Assembly: GCA_000091205.1 (NCBI GenBank)
Contig: AP006484.2
Reading direction: 5' to 3' (one strand)
Source of the DNA: Cyanidioschyzon merolae
Taxonomy: Eukaryota
DNA length: 64,000 nt
In this document: in pieces, positions 37,053 to 47,966 of the stretch
Layout: every line of letters starts with the position of its first letter
How positions within the stretch are numbered: position 1 is the stretch's first letter
Translations under genes and position numbers: made by a program
Notes under the pieces: model-generated
Seen by the model: the letters and a program-made list of their open reading frames with translations, nothing else
What the model was told of the DNA's origin: nothing
Databases searched by the model: none

Positions 37053-39161
37053 TTGTGTTTCACGCGCTACCTTTGCGACACAGCAGCTTTCCATAGAGAC
37101 CGCCACCGTCTTTACGGGAAACGAGCGCGCTGCGTGTCCCCACTGGATATATCTCAAACTCTTTGGGCCCGAGCAGCGCTTTTCAAATCGAGACTTTGTA
37201 ACTGTGCGACTGGAAGCACTCACTGGCGACCACTTTCCTGCCAACAACGCGCTGTATGCCCTGGACCAGCTTCAAAGCATCTGCGTCTCGTATCACAACG
37301 CTCACCGGCACGCTATCTGCACAGCACCATTGTCGCTATGGAGCACTCCGGGCCACTACTTGCCTTTACCTGTCGTGCGTGGGTCACTATATTCCTTCTG
37401 GGCAAGAGTGTGGATGTGTTGACCCGTCGTCGATTCTCCCGATGGTTGAGCCAACACCACATAACCTGGGCGCTAGGCGTGTTCATATACCAACACGCTT
37501 TCGCCGCTCCCAATCCAGATAGAGCAATACTGCAGCCTGCAATCGAGAGGAACCAGAGAAATGCTCCGAGGCAACGACCAGCTCGTTTTCGCCGACGAGT
37601 CGAACGGATGTTGCGATGGAGCTTCGAAATTGGTGCGTATCTGACCTTGCTGATCGGCTTGGTGTGGATCGTCTGGGTCCTATCCCAGTTGTTGCAACAG
37701 GTGCACCTGCGCTCTGCGTGCCTGGTATCGCGTAGTGTGAATCGCGCCTATGCGCCTCTAGACGACAGAAAAGCCGTGGCAATCAAAATGTCTACGTCGC
37801 TCGAGGAAGCGAGCCCGAATCCGAGAATTCCCCGCGCTCCTTCGAGGATGCATCCCGGAGATGCCGCTCCCGGTAAAATGCGTGAGCGTGGTGGTGTGAA
37901 GGTTCATTTTGGTACCGCGAAAGCGGTCGCACTGTCTCCATTTGCCAATAGCAAGCCAGTCGAGGATTCCGGAGCGGAGCATTTCGCAGAGGCTCCGCTT
38001 GCGTTACCCGCAGCACGGCCCGGTGAGCGTGCGTATCGCGGGGGATCCACAGCACCGGCAAGCCACCCATCGAGCAAGTACTGGTACACGAACGGTGCTG
38101 GACAACTGCTGGATATGGGCTTGCTAATTCTGGCGATTGGACTGGCAGTAATCGCCCATGAACTGGGTCACGCGGTTGCTGCTTCCCTGGAGGATGTGGC
38201 GCTCACACACCTGGGTCTATTTGTTATAGCCTGTTTCCCTGGTGCGTATATCCGGTTGGAGTCGCGCACGCTTCACCGTCTGAGTCTGCGTCAGCAGCTG
38301 CGCATCTACGCTGCTGGTTGTGTGCAGAGTCTGCTGGTAGCCATGATATCGCTCGGCATGCTGAACGTGTTGCCGCTCGTGGGGCGCTTCAGCGGTTACG
38401 TGGCCTCCGATCGTCACGAAGGTGCTGTTGCGGCCTGGATTCATCCGGATTCTCCCTGGAGAGCAATCACTGAGCCCGAGAGTCTCTTGATTGCCATCGA
38501 TGGTGAACTGGAGGCTCCCGCTGGTTACATTTGCTTGCGACATGTATCCGCACCAGTTGTGACGCGTTGTGAAGTTACCTCTGGTCGATGCGCTTGCGTT
38601 ATCGAAAGCGACAAACTGCCGGAGACGCGTATCCATGACTCGGTAACTGCCGCTGGCAAGCAATGGCATTGTATGGTCTTTGAAGCGCCCCGCCGACGGC
38701 TTAGTGAAAGCACAGCAAGCTCGCTGCTCACTGGCGGTCAAGTTGCGCGGCTCATGTCGATGGACACGTTACCAGCAGCAGCGTCCCGTTTGATGTGGTT
38801 TGATGAGACCCCCGAGCGTATTACGCAAGAGATGCGCTTCAGCGACGACGTCCAGCAGTCACCACGGCCGTTTATGGGTCACAGTTTGCTGCATACCGCG
38901 GAAACGTTGCTAGCGTATTTGTTTCTTGTCTCGCTTGGACTAGGCCTGCTGAATATTATACCGGCTTTGGGGCTCGATGGTGCGCATCTGCTGCGACTCG
39001 TGGTGGAGGCATGGATTCGAAAACTCAGTCCGGAGCGGGTGCGGCTCATTCGCACGCTGCGGCTATTTACCCGAGTGGTGCTAGTCGGTCACACGCTGCT
39101 GCTGGTGGCGCTCGGACTTGTGGCAGTGCTCACGCAGCACTTGCCTATTGGCGCAGGTTAA
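37053..39161 (+). CDS. Site-2 protease (M50 family intramembrane metalloprotease, MBTPS2/S2P-like). N-terminal extent uncertain; listed start may be upstream of the true start.
   Basis: HExxH zinc site in a TM helix: IAHELGHAVAASLEDV. Followed by FPGAYIRLE (compare S2P PGAFV). C-terminal LDG motif LLNIIPALGLDGAHLL. Multiple hydrophobic segments. Confidence 0.75.
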   Translation: MCFTRYLCDTAAFHRDRHRLYGKRARCVSPLDISQTLWARAALFKSRLCNCATGSTHWRPLSCQQRAVCPGPASKHLRLVSQRSPARYLHSTIVAMEHSGPLLAFTCRAWVTIFLLGKSVDVLTRRRFSRWLSQHHITWALGVFIYQHAFAAPNPDRAILQPAIERNQRNAPRQRPARFRRRVERMLRWSFEIGAYLTLLIGLVWIVWVLSQLLQQVHLRSACLVSRSVNRAYAPLDDRKAVAIKMSTSLEEASPNPRIPRAPSRMHPGDAAPGKMRERGGVKVHFGTAKAVALSPFANSKPVEDSGAEHFAEAPLALPAARPGERAYRGGSTAPASHPSSKYWYTNGAGQLLDMGLLILAIGLAVIAHELGHAVAASLEDVALTHLGLFVIACFPGAYIRLESRTLHRLSLRQQLRIYAAGCVQSLLVAMISLGMLNVLPLVGRFSGYVASDRHEGAVAAWIHPDSPWRAITEPESLLIAIDGELEAPAGYICLRHVSAPVVTRCEVTSGRCACVIESDKLPETRIHDSVTAAGKQWHCMVFEAPRRRLSESTASSLLTGGQVARLMSMDTLPAAASRLMWFDETPERITQEMRFSDDVQQSPRPFMGHSLLHTAETLLAYLFLVSLGLGLLNIIPALGLDGAHLLRLVVEAWIRKLSPERVRLIRTLRLFTRVVLVGHTLLLVALGLVAVLTQHLPIGAG

Positions 39162-40176
39162 GTGCTTGTTTCCGTGGATACGCTTTGATGTTCACAGGAG
39201 ACAGAACTTGTCTTTTCACTTAGAGACGGATGACGTATGCTGGTACCGCCAGAGGCAGTGTGCGTTTCCCTAGGAAGGCGTAGGTTTTTTGAATCTGGAC
39301 GCATCCTTGTTTTCCAGTAGACATCGATCTTTCGTTCGAGAGTCTAGACGCAACTTATTTCGTTCCTCTCCGTTCCTGGGTGCTGCATAGGCTCTACTAG
39401 AACAGCGCGCAGTCCGCGCATGTTGACATCTCCATTACTGGTACCGAGAAACCAGAAGATGACCGCTGAGCGGCGAACGTGCATCTACAAGTCTAGACAA
39501 TGACGACGACGACGACGACGAAGGCCTCCGGTTAGGCATCCAGTTCGTGATCCAAGTACTGGCGATGCAGGTGTCGCTTGCAGGCGAATAGCTATGCAAG
39601 CGACGCCGACCAAGCGTCGCTAGAGACATTTTGTCTATGCGCTGATCACAAGGTGCACCGCTTGTGTATCGAATAAAGACCTTTGCTTTGGTAATTATGC
39701 GGATGCGAGAATGCGTCGTGAGATGCGTCCTTCGATTTTCACAGGATCCTCTAACAACCTCTTTGCTAAACGTTGGACGTGCATGCTTTTTTTTGCTTTA
39801 CGACTGCGTTTCCTCGCACAAGGTCACGCAATGTGCGACTTTGGTAGCCTGCAACAGTTGCATGTGAACCGGTCGGCACGTACGTCATTTGCAGGGTTCT
39901 GTTCATGCTGCCAGCATGGACGTAATGGAGACTCGTTTTCGTCATCGACACCACGCCTACGATGTACGCTTATCGCTTTGAGCAAGCACTTCAACCTGGC
40001 TTCGTATTCAGGGGACCGGTCGCTTCCAACCCGCATACGCGTCAATGTATTCGGGCTGCACCTGAATAGCGCGCTTCTCGGCGTTGGTGTATGACGCCTC
40101 GAAAAGCGTGCTTCCTCATGCGCCTGCATATGATGCCTTGTTCACGCAGCCGTTCAAAGTGCACCCTCAGAGGCAT

Positions 40177-41760
40177 TCAGTTCGCATCCAGCAGAACAGC
40201 ATGCACGAGTGTGCCTGCGGGTAGCGGCTCAGTTCCCGGTGGCACATACACCAACACATCGGCGTGAACAACGCTCTGTAGTCGAGTACTTGATTGATTT
40301 CCGGTTATGGAGAACAGTGGCAGATAGGACTCGGCCTGTTTCGAATCCAAGGCGGACGTCAGAGATACCTCCGTCATTCGTGCAAAGCAGCTGAAGGATT
40401 CGCTTGTTGCGCTGCTCCGACAAAAGCTCCCCAGACACGTCGGTGCAAGCAGGTGCGCTCGTTGAAACTCGGGGCGCTCCGCATCAGGTACCACGACATG
40501 CGCTAGACGACCGATGATGCAGCGCGGATAGGCTCGTTCTATGGAGACACCTTTCAGCAGTTGAATTGCTGGGACGACAAGAAGTGCGAAACAGACGCTG
40601 CTACTCACTGGGTTACCGGGGAGCGCGAACGCGAGCCAGGGCCGCTTCGTTGAACAAAGATTACTTGCAAAGGTCATCGGTTTGCCCGGTTTCATCCGCA
40701 ATCGACCAAAATGAATGCGTCCATGCTGAGCCAGGAGCGGTTTCACGACATCACTGAGGCCCATGCTCACACCGCCGCTGATAATGAGTACATCCTGCTG
40801 TGCATTCGTCAAAAGTGCCGCGAGATTGTCAGCGACTTCTTCGTCAGAAGCGATACCGGCATCAATGATATGCGATGGTGGTAAGTAGCGCCGTAATAGA
40901 CCCAGTAGCAACGGACGATTCGAGTCGTAGACGCTTCCAGCGGTGAGCGAGGATGGTGACGCCGACGGGTCGCAAAGTTCGCTGCCAGTAGAGAGCACGG
41001 CAACTCGCGGAACTCGTTGCAGCGGTATCGATCGTTGAACGCCAAAGCTACAGAGAACACTGCGTTCAACAGCACCCAGTTGTTGACCTCGTTCTAGCAC
41101 GACTTGACCGAAAGCGACGTCGTCGCCTTGGTGGCGCACCTCGGAGCCGGCTGGAACGCTGTAACCGGATGCAACCAGAATATGGAAAGACTCAAACGGT
41201 TCGTCTGAGCTTTTCGGGGCGCTTCCTGATGTCTCGTTCTCAAGCACCTGCACCTGCTCGACAGGAACGACAGCGTCTGCCCCTGGTGGTAGCGGAGCTC
41301 CCGTGGTGATGTACCTGCAGGTGCCCGCAGCGAGGCCGTCGACCTTTGGTGTTACCTGCCCAGCCACCTGACAACCTATACAGCGCAGTGTTCGGCTCGA
41401 AAGCAAGTCTTGACTACGGACAGCGTATCCGTCCTTTAGTGCCATATCAAAGCGTGGTACCGGCCAGGGAGCGGTGATAGCGTCCGCCAAAACTGCCGTT
41501 CCCGACTGCAGTGCGGCATCATCCCAGTTTGCGAGAACGGGTCCAGCTTGCTGCAGTCGTTCCGCCAAGGCAAGTGCCACTTCTTGGACAGTTCTCCAGG
41601 CCTCCTCCATCGATACCATGGGGTACGGTGACTGACCCTGCCGTCGATCTTGCATCTGGAAGAGGCGTTGCATACAAGTCCAAGAAAATGCCGTGGGCAC
41701 GTGCTGTGCGGTTGCAGGTCGCCGGCGACGCCTCACAGGTGTCGCGTGAAAACGGAACAC
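40177..41760 (-). CDS. Molybdopterin molybdenumtransferase MoeA (gephyrin/Cnx1 E-domain homologue), stand-alone E-domain with a ~45-aa N-terminal extension.
   Basis: SPYPMVSMEEAWRTV...LKDGYAVRSQD...ITTGAPLPPGADAVVPVEQV...VAVLSTGSEL...DSNRPLL...ISGGVSMGLSDVVKPLL...IHFGRLRMKPGKPMTFA...ALPGNPVSSSVCFALLVVPAI aligns block-for-block with the gephyrin E-domain. Confidence 0.85.
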   Translation of the reverse strand: MFRFHATPVRRRRRPATAQHVPTAFSWTCMQRLFQMQDRRQGQSPYPMVSMEEAWRTVQEVALALAERLQQAGPVLANWDDAALQSGTAVLADAITAPWPVPRFDMALKDGYAVRSQDLLSSRTLRCIGCQVAGQVTPKVDGLAAGTCRYITTGAPLPPGADAVVPVEQVQVLENETSGSAPKSSDEPFESFHILVASGYSVPAGSEVRHQGDDVAFGQVVLERGQQLGAVERSVLCSFGVQRSIPLQRVPRVAVLSTGSELCDPSASPSSLTAGSVYDSNRPLLLGLLRRYLPPSHIIDAGIASDEEVADNLAALLTNAQQDVLIISGGVSMGLSDVVKPLLAQHGRIHFGRLRMKPGKPMTFASNLCSTKRPWLAFALPGNPVSSSVCFALLVVPAIQLLKGVSIERAYPRCIIGRLAHVVVPDAERPEFQRAHLLAPTCLGSFCRSSATSESFSCFARMTEVSLTSALDSKQAESYLPLFSITGNQSSTRLQSVVHADVLVYVPPGTEPLPAGTLVHAVLLDAN

Positions 41761-44040
41761 TGAACGAACTACCCTAAGTGTGCCTTGTGATGTCGGGGGA
41801 ATTTTCTCATGCGTACCGTCTTGACATTCGACGTGGAGGAGTCAAGAATTATTGTGGATGCGTACGTCGTTTTAGGATTCTGGATTGTCTTTTGGGAGCT
41901 GCTGTTTAGACTCTTGGATACTGACATTCGTACAATCAACGGTATCAAGACAGTTCGTGAAGCGCTCGAACAAGGATTCCTAACGTGCATGGAATCGCTG
42001 TCCAATGCATAGGGGCAGGCTTCTATGCTTCTCGCCTCCTTACGTATGGAACGTTCAAATCCCGGATTCTTCAAACTTCGATCGTTCTGGTGCAAGGCAA
42101 CGCCTGGGTACAGTGTTTGGTGCTACTGAAATGCCGAGGAGAAATACTCGACAGCATCCTTCGGCGACTTGATGGCAAGCTCTTGCGAAACGCTTCCCGT
42201 ACTTTGCACGCCAAAAAATGAGTTTCGTAACCAAGCCAAATCACCATATCTTTGTAGGCGGAAACAGAACAAGACTCGACAGCTGCATGGTACCGCGTTA
42301 GAGGTTCGCTACCAGAGACTCCGACTCTTCGGTTTGCGTAGACGGAGGTCCTAGATTTGGACCTGAATCCTAGCAGCAAGCTCTTTCAGCGCAAAGGTTG
42401 TGACTGCTTTGCGTGAAGGGATCGTGAACGGATCGAAGTTTCTCGACTTGCTCTCCAGCATGGATTTTGCTTCCAGTACTCGTCTCGTCATGGACAGCAT
42501 CGCATTCGATATATCTTCAATAGCCTAGAAGTGCGGATATCTGCGTGTTCGGCAGCCAATGTACTCACCGTGGACTTTGCCCCGCAGAAGCCCGCGATTC
42601 CTGTGCACGGCACTGGACCATGAAACGGTGGAGGGCATTCACGATAGCCCGGTGAACCGATCGAGTAGATGAACCGAGCGATACACCAAGCGTTTATGCT
42701 CCAGGAGCGGTCTTCAGACGAGGAAAAATAGGTAGTCATGGTGCGTTATGGTGCACTCCTAAGGAGATACCGCACCATAGCAAATAGTCGGCGCTATCAA
42801 GGGCGCTCCGATGCTGTAAACAAAGAGAATGAACATGGCAAGAAAAGTCGAGAATGCATTCGCTCATAGCCCTCCTGATCATGCTATGCGCGGACAACAG
42901 CCAGAGGCGACGACATGGTGTCATGAAGCCTGCCATCAACGTCCTCCAAGTGATGCAAACCGAACTGAAGAGACAGGAGACACCCACGAGATTCAAGCCG
43001 GAGGTACGAGAGCTCCGAAGAAAGCAGTCGCAGAAAAAAGATCGCAAAGGCTACCACGAGCACCAGCTGGTAAAAGCTGCAAACTTCACTATGTACACTC
43101 GAGTTCGCTAGGTGTGCGCCCGTCCCACTTTTATTCTACAAGTGTCATAAGCGCGCTTGGACTCAAGTATCCCGGAGAATACAGGACGCAAGATATGAAC
43201 CGAGTTCTATGGATTCCATCGAATCAGGAAAACTCCAGGTCTGTTCAGGCTCAACGATCTACCGGCACAGCGGACACTATAGCTTAACTCCTTTCCGCCG
43301 ATCCAAAAGCGTGCAGGAGACAACAACAACAACAACTAGAGCAACAACGCTACCCGACTTTCTATCCCTGGTGCCGTACGCTGCACTGCAGCGCTTTGAG
43401 CGGCGTTCCGTTCAGTGACGTTACCAAGCGCGTTTCGCACCTGCTTTCTTTCCGCTATCGTACTTGTCGGGTACGCTCATAACATTGACTAGGTGCACAT
43501 TGAACATACTCGGGTTCCCGCGGAACCCTTCGAAAGGCTTCGCTTTGAAGACAGCGTGCAAGCGAGCCGCAGCTCGAAGAACAGGATCCGTAGCTGCTCG
43601 AAGCGAGCACACCTAGTCCGCTATTCCGCTTAGGCTTGGATAGCTATCGAGTCGTCGTTCGCGTTCGGGTGGAGTCTGTGGGACCAGGAGACCTCCGGCG
43701 CTAGTTTAGGTCTGGTCTCGAACAGGTACTGTGCATATATTTGTCTTGGAGTCCGAATAAGCCGGTGTGTCGTACGACTTTAGAAACTCCGAGACCTACC
43801 ATTGTTGACGGGTGGGTGTACGGCGGCTGGTGCCTAGTTGTGCTTAGGAATCGTCAACAAGCGCATCGGAGGTCAAGTTTCTTGCACGCTGTCACAAGAC
43901 TCGCTGCCCAGGGGTCTCTTCACGGCACACGGCGGCTCGAAGGAGCGTTTCGTGAACCAGAGAGAACGCGGCTTCTGTGGCTGCGTTTTTAGAGACGCCT
44001 GCTCGCCGACTCTATTCCAAGTGACCCCGAGAGCACCGCT

Positions 44041-47000
44041 ATGGAGCCCGTTGAACACACAAACAGCAGCGAGGTATCCGCTGCCGCTAGAGCGACCCAA
44101 GATCACAACGACGAACGAGAGGGAGCACCAGTGAGCGGGGCGGTGGTTCCTGCGGAAGCTGATCCGCTATCCCATCTAGTGCAGGAACAGAGTGCCCTAC
44201 AAGCGCTGCACAAACGGGCGCCCCGAATCATGGACGACCCGGATTTCGAAGGGGAATCCCGTGACCCAGTGCTCCAGGTTGACAAAGATGACGAAGGTCC
44301 ACGACCAGCAGCCGCTGAGCCTACAACGCTCCAGCGTGTCGCAACCACGTCGGACGAAAGCATACTGGGAAACGCTTCACCGGCCAGCGAGCGCGGACTT
44401 GTTTCAGACACATTGCCACATGCAACAGATGCAGACGTGACCGATGAATGGGCTCGTCGCCGCAAACGTACGCGTTCGAGTCCAGAACTCGCCGAGGGTG
44501 ATATCGAACTCCTGCGTGAAGCCGGTGTTGTGATTCCAGAGCGACAGTTGCATCCAGGAGGTCGTCGGTCTCGCCGGCGTCGACGACTTCGCCAGGCCGC
44601 AGACCTGGAGATGACCTCTGAGAACGACGATGACGAAAACGACAAGATCGAGGCTTCCCCTGATACGACCTCCGTAGCACCGTTTGGCATGATTGGCGAC
44701 AGAGACGAAGCCGATAGAGCTGCAGGCGCTGTGGACGCTCAAAAGTTCACGTCTGTCGGAGAAAAGCAAGCGTCGTTGCCTGCTAGTCCTCATCAAGCAG
44801 CGAATGCCACGGTGGGTGCTTCAGGCCTGGGTGCCGGCATCGGCGGCACCGATGATCAGAATCTCGCAGATGAGGCGTCGATCGACCAAAACTCTGAAAT
44901 AGAGGAAGAAGAAATCGGCAGCGACGATGATGAGGATGATTTAGCCGACTTCATTGACTATGGTGATGGGGCAGCTGGGCAACGTCGCCGCCGCCTCGCC
45001 CGTGAACGAGCGAGAGCTGCTTTGCAAGCCTCACTCCGAGGCGGGCGCCTGTCCAGCGAACTGGATCCTTACGCTGCAGCACTGCTGCGAGAGCTCTTCG
45101 GTGATGCCGATTCACTTGAGAACTACCGCGGAGAGCCGCTTCTCTATCACGATGATCCCGAGCAGATTCGCAAATGGCTCCAGAGAATCGGCGTCAATGA
45201 TCCACGCGATATTGAGAACGTCTTGTCGCTGGAGTCGTGGGCAGTACCAGAGCCGTCGTCAGCGGAGGAGGATGCATCGACGGGTGCGGAAGCCTCCAAG
45301 AGCGCCGGACACGAGAGCCTCTCCGTCGAGCAGACAGAGCTGCTCGCGGAAATGTATGCAACGCCTCAGGATGATGCGATTCGTGCACTGGATTTGCCGG
45401 AGTACACCCAACTCTATCACTGCGGGCGGGATCAAGCGGGGAATCCACTCCCTCGCGAGCTCATGGACGAGAGCGATATTCGTTACGAGGCAGAGTGGAT
45501 CGTCACCAACGGACTCGTGGACCTGCTTCGGTCGAGTAGACAGGCGGCTCCAGAGTCATCGCTCGTGGATCAGGTCGCGCATTTGCTGCGCTTCCTGCAT
45601 CTGGAGCACCTGGACATCGCCTTTATCGCCATGTATCGACGAGATTACCTGGAACCCGATCTTCTGCCTCCGCTCGAGCGAGGCACTGGCGAGCAACAAG
45701 CTCCAGTGCTGGAGAGTCCGACACATTTCGTGGGCGACTGGACACGCCTCTGGCGAGTCCTCGACTGGGACCGATACTATTTCCAGTTCCTTCAGCAGAA
45801 GCGCCGCCTTATGGACGTTTATGAGGAACAGGGTGAAGAGGAGCTTTTGCAGCTGGCTACGGCAGCATTCCGCCGTGAGATGCTCCAGGATGTGGAAAAA
45901 TACGCGCGACTGCGTCGGGAGCTAGCTCACGGGGACAAGAATGGATCGGCATCAGCGTCAGCAGGTCGTGAAGAGGCTGCAAGTCCCGAGTCGCTGCGTC
46001 AGGTGGCAGCAGAAACTCTGCTGGCGCCCAGCACCGACGCCTACCAGCGACAGGAGCACCGCACCGCAGCTGCAGCTGCGGCGGAAGCGGCAAACGGCAG
46101 CATCCACCCTGAAGTCGGCCTTGATTCCGAAGCTGCTGGTACCGTCTCCGACGACGCAATGGATCAGTTGCAGCAAGCAACCGCTGCAGCTGCTTTGCGA
46201 CACGCGTCAGACGACGAAGAGCACCGGGATGCGGCACCTGTGCACTCGACCGAGACCCTAACGCCAACAATTGGGAATGCCGAGGCCATGCAGCCGCGAG
46301 CACGCGCGAAGAACAGCAACAGCAGTAGCAGCAACAGTCGTAGCGATTTGCAGCGTACCAACGCTGAGATAGCGACTTCAGCGGAACAACCGGGAACACT
46401 GCAGCCTCGACAGGTGCACCCGCAAGCCCCTGGTCGTCGCAGGGCTGGTCGCACTCCGTCGCGTCGTGATGCGCTTCATGTGGCGATATCCTGGGTTGTT
46501 GCACACCAGCTCGATGTAGAGGCGCTCTATGGCATCAAGGCTGCCGATTTGGCCTCCAACGTGCTCTCGGGTGGCAGTCTCATCACCGAACCTGCTGATC
46601 ATCCAAACAAGCCGTCGCTCGAAGAACTGCTTCGATCTACTGATGTTACCGAGAGCACTGCTGCCGTCGGTATCGAACGGTATCTGCGCTACGTTCGTCA
46701 GGTAGCTGGGGCGCTTTATGCGGCACACCCGCGCCTTCGGCACTTTACCCGGACGCGTCTGCGCGAAAAGGCGCACCTCACCGTGAAACCGAGTGCGCGT
46801 GCCCTCCAAGACCTCGATATACTGGATCCTTTGCGTCCGTACTGTTCAGTGGAAGCGCTACCGGTTGCAGCCCTGGACCCAGCAGAAATGGCTCGTTTCA
46901 TTTACGCTGAACGCCTTGGCCTGGTGGAGCACATGGAATGCTCGCTAGCGGCGCCTGATGAAGCGGAGCTCGAGTCCATCCTGGAACGCGCGCTCCTCAG

Positions 47001-47456
47001 CGACAAGTTGTACGAGTCGGCACAAGTCTGGAATGCTGCACGCCGGCAGATGCTCACCGAGCAACTGCTGCGGGTATGGTTGCTACCGCCGCTGCTCGCG
47101 GAACTGCTCGAGTGTCTACGCGAGGAAGCGCGAGGTGCTTGTGCGCTCGCGGCAGTCAGCGCCCTGGAACAGCAACTCGTCATCGGTGGCGCGAGTCCCA
47201 GCAGTGCATCGACAAACGCACATGAACCTGGTGCGTTCGGTGTCCTCTCTGGTACCGCTGCTGGTGGTGTGCTCGCGTTTGTAGTCTCCGACGAGTCCGA
47301 GTACCCGACGACACGCTCTCGTTGGATCTTTGGTGTTGCCCTCGATGCCTACGGCCAAGTGCTGGACACGCTGCGTCTGGGTTGCCATGGCTGGCTGCCC
47401 GGCGACGAGCGGCTCTTAGGGCAACTGGTTGCAGCGCAACAGGCAAAAAGTGGTGG

Positions 47457-47490
<34 letters not shown>

Positions 47491-47932
47491 GCGGGCGCTT
47501 CAGCGTTGGAGATGCCGCCGCAGGTGCGCTCGCGACTGGAACGCTTCCTCCAGCGTCATCCGCACCGGCAATGTGTCGCTATTGGGGTCGCTTCTGGGAG
47601 TCCTATTGGCGTGAATGCGGCAAGTCTCTGGCTCTACGAATGGATACGCGGAATAGAGCAGCGTCTCGGTAGCAGGCGTGAGCAGGCGGTTGGGCGTCAG
47701 CCGCATGTGCTGCGTATCGACGATGATGCTGCTCGCCTGTACGCGAAAACGAAGACTCTGAGCGCTTCACTCGGAGGCATGGTGCCTCCCGAGTGCGACG
47801 GTCTGCCCTTGCGACGGGCTGTTGGTGTAGCGCGACTCTGTCAGGAACCGCTGGCGGTGTATGCAGCGATTGCAACAGAGGCATCCCTGGGTGCATTGCT
47901 GCGCCTCACTGTGCGCTGTCGTCCGCAACACC

Positions 47933-47966
<34 letters not shown>

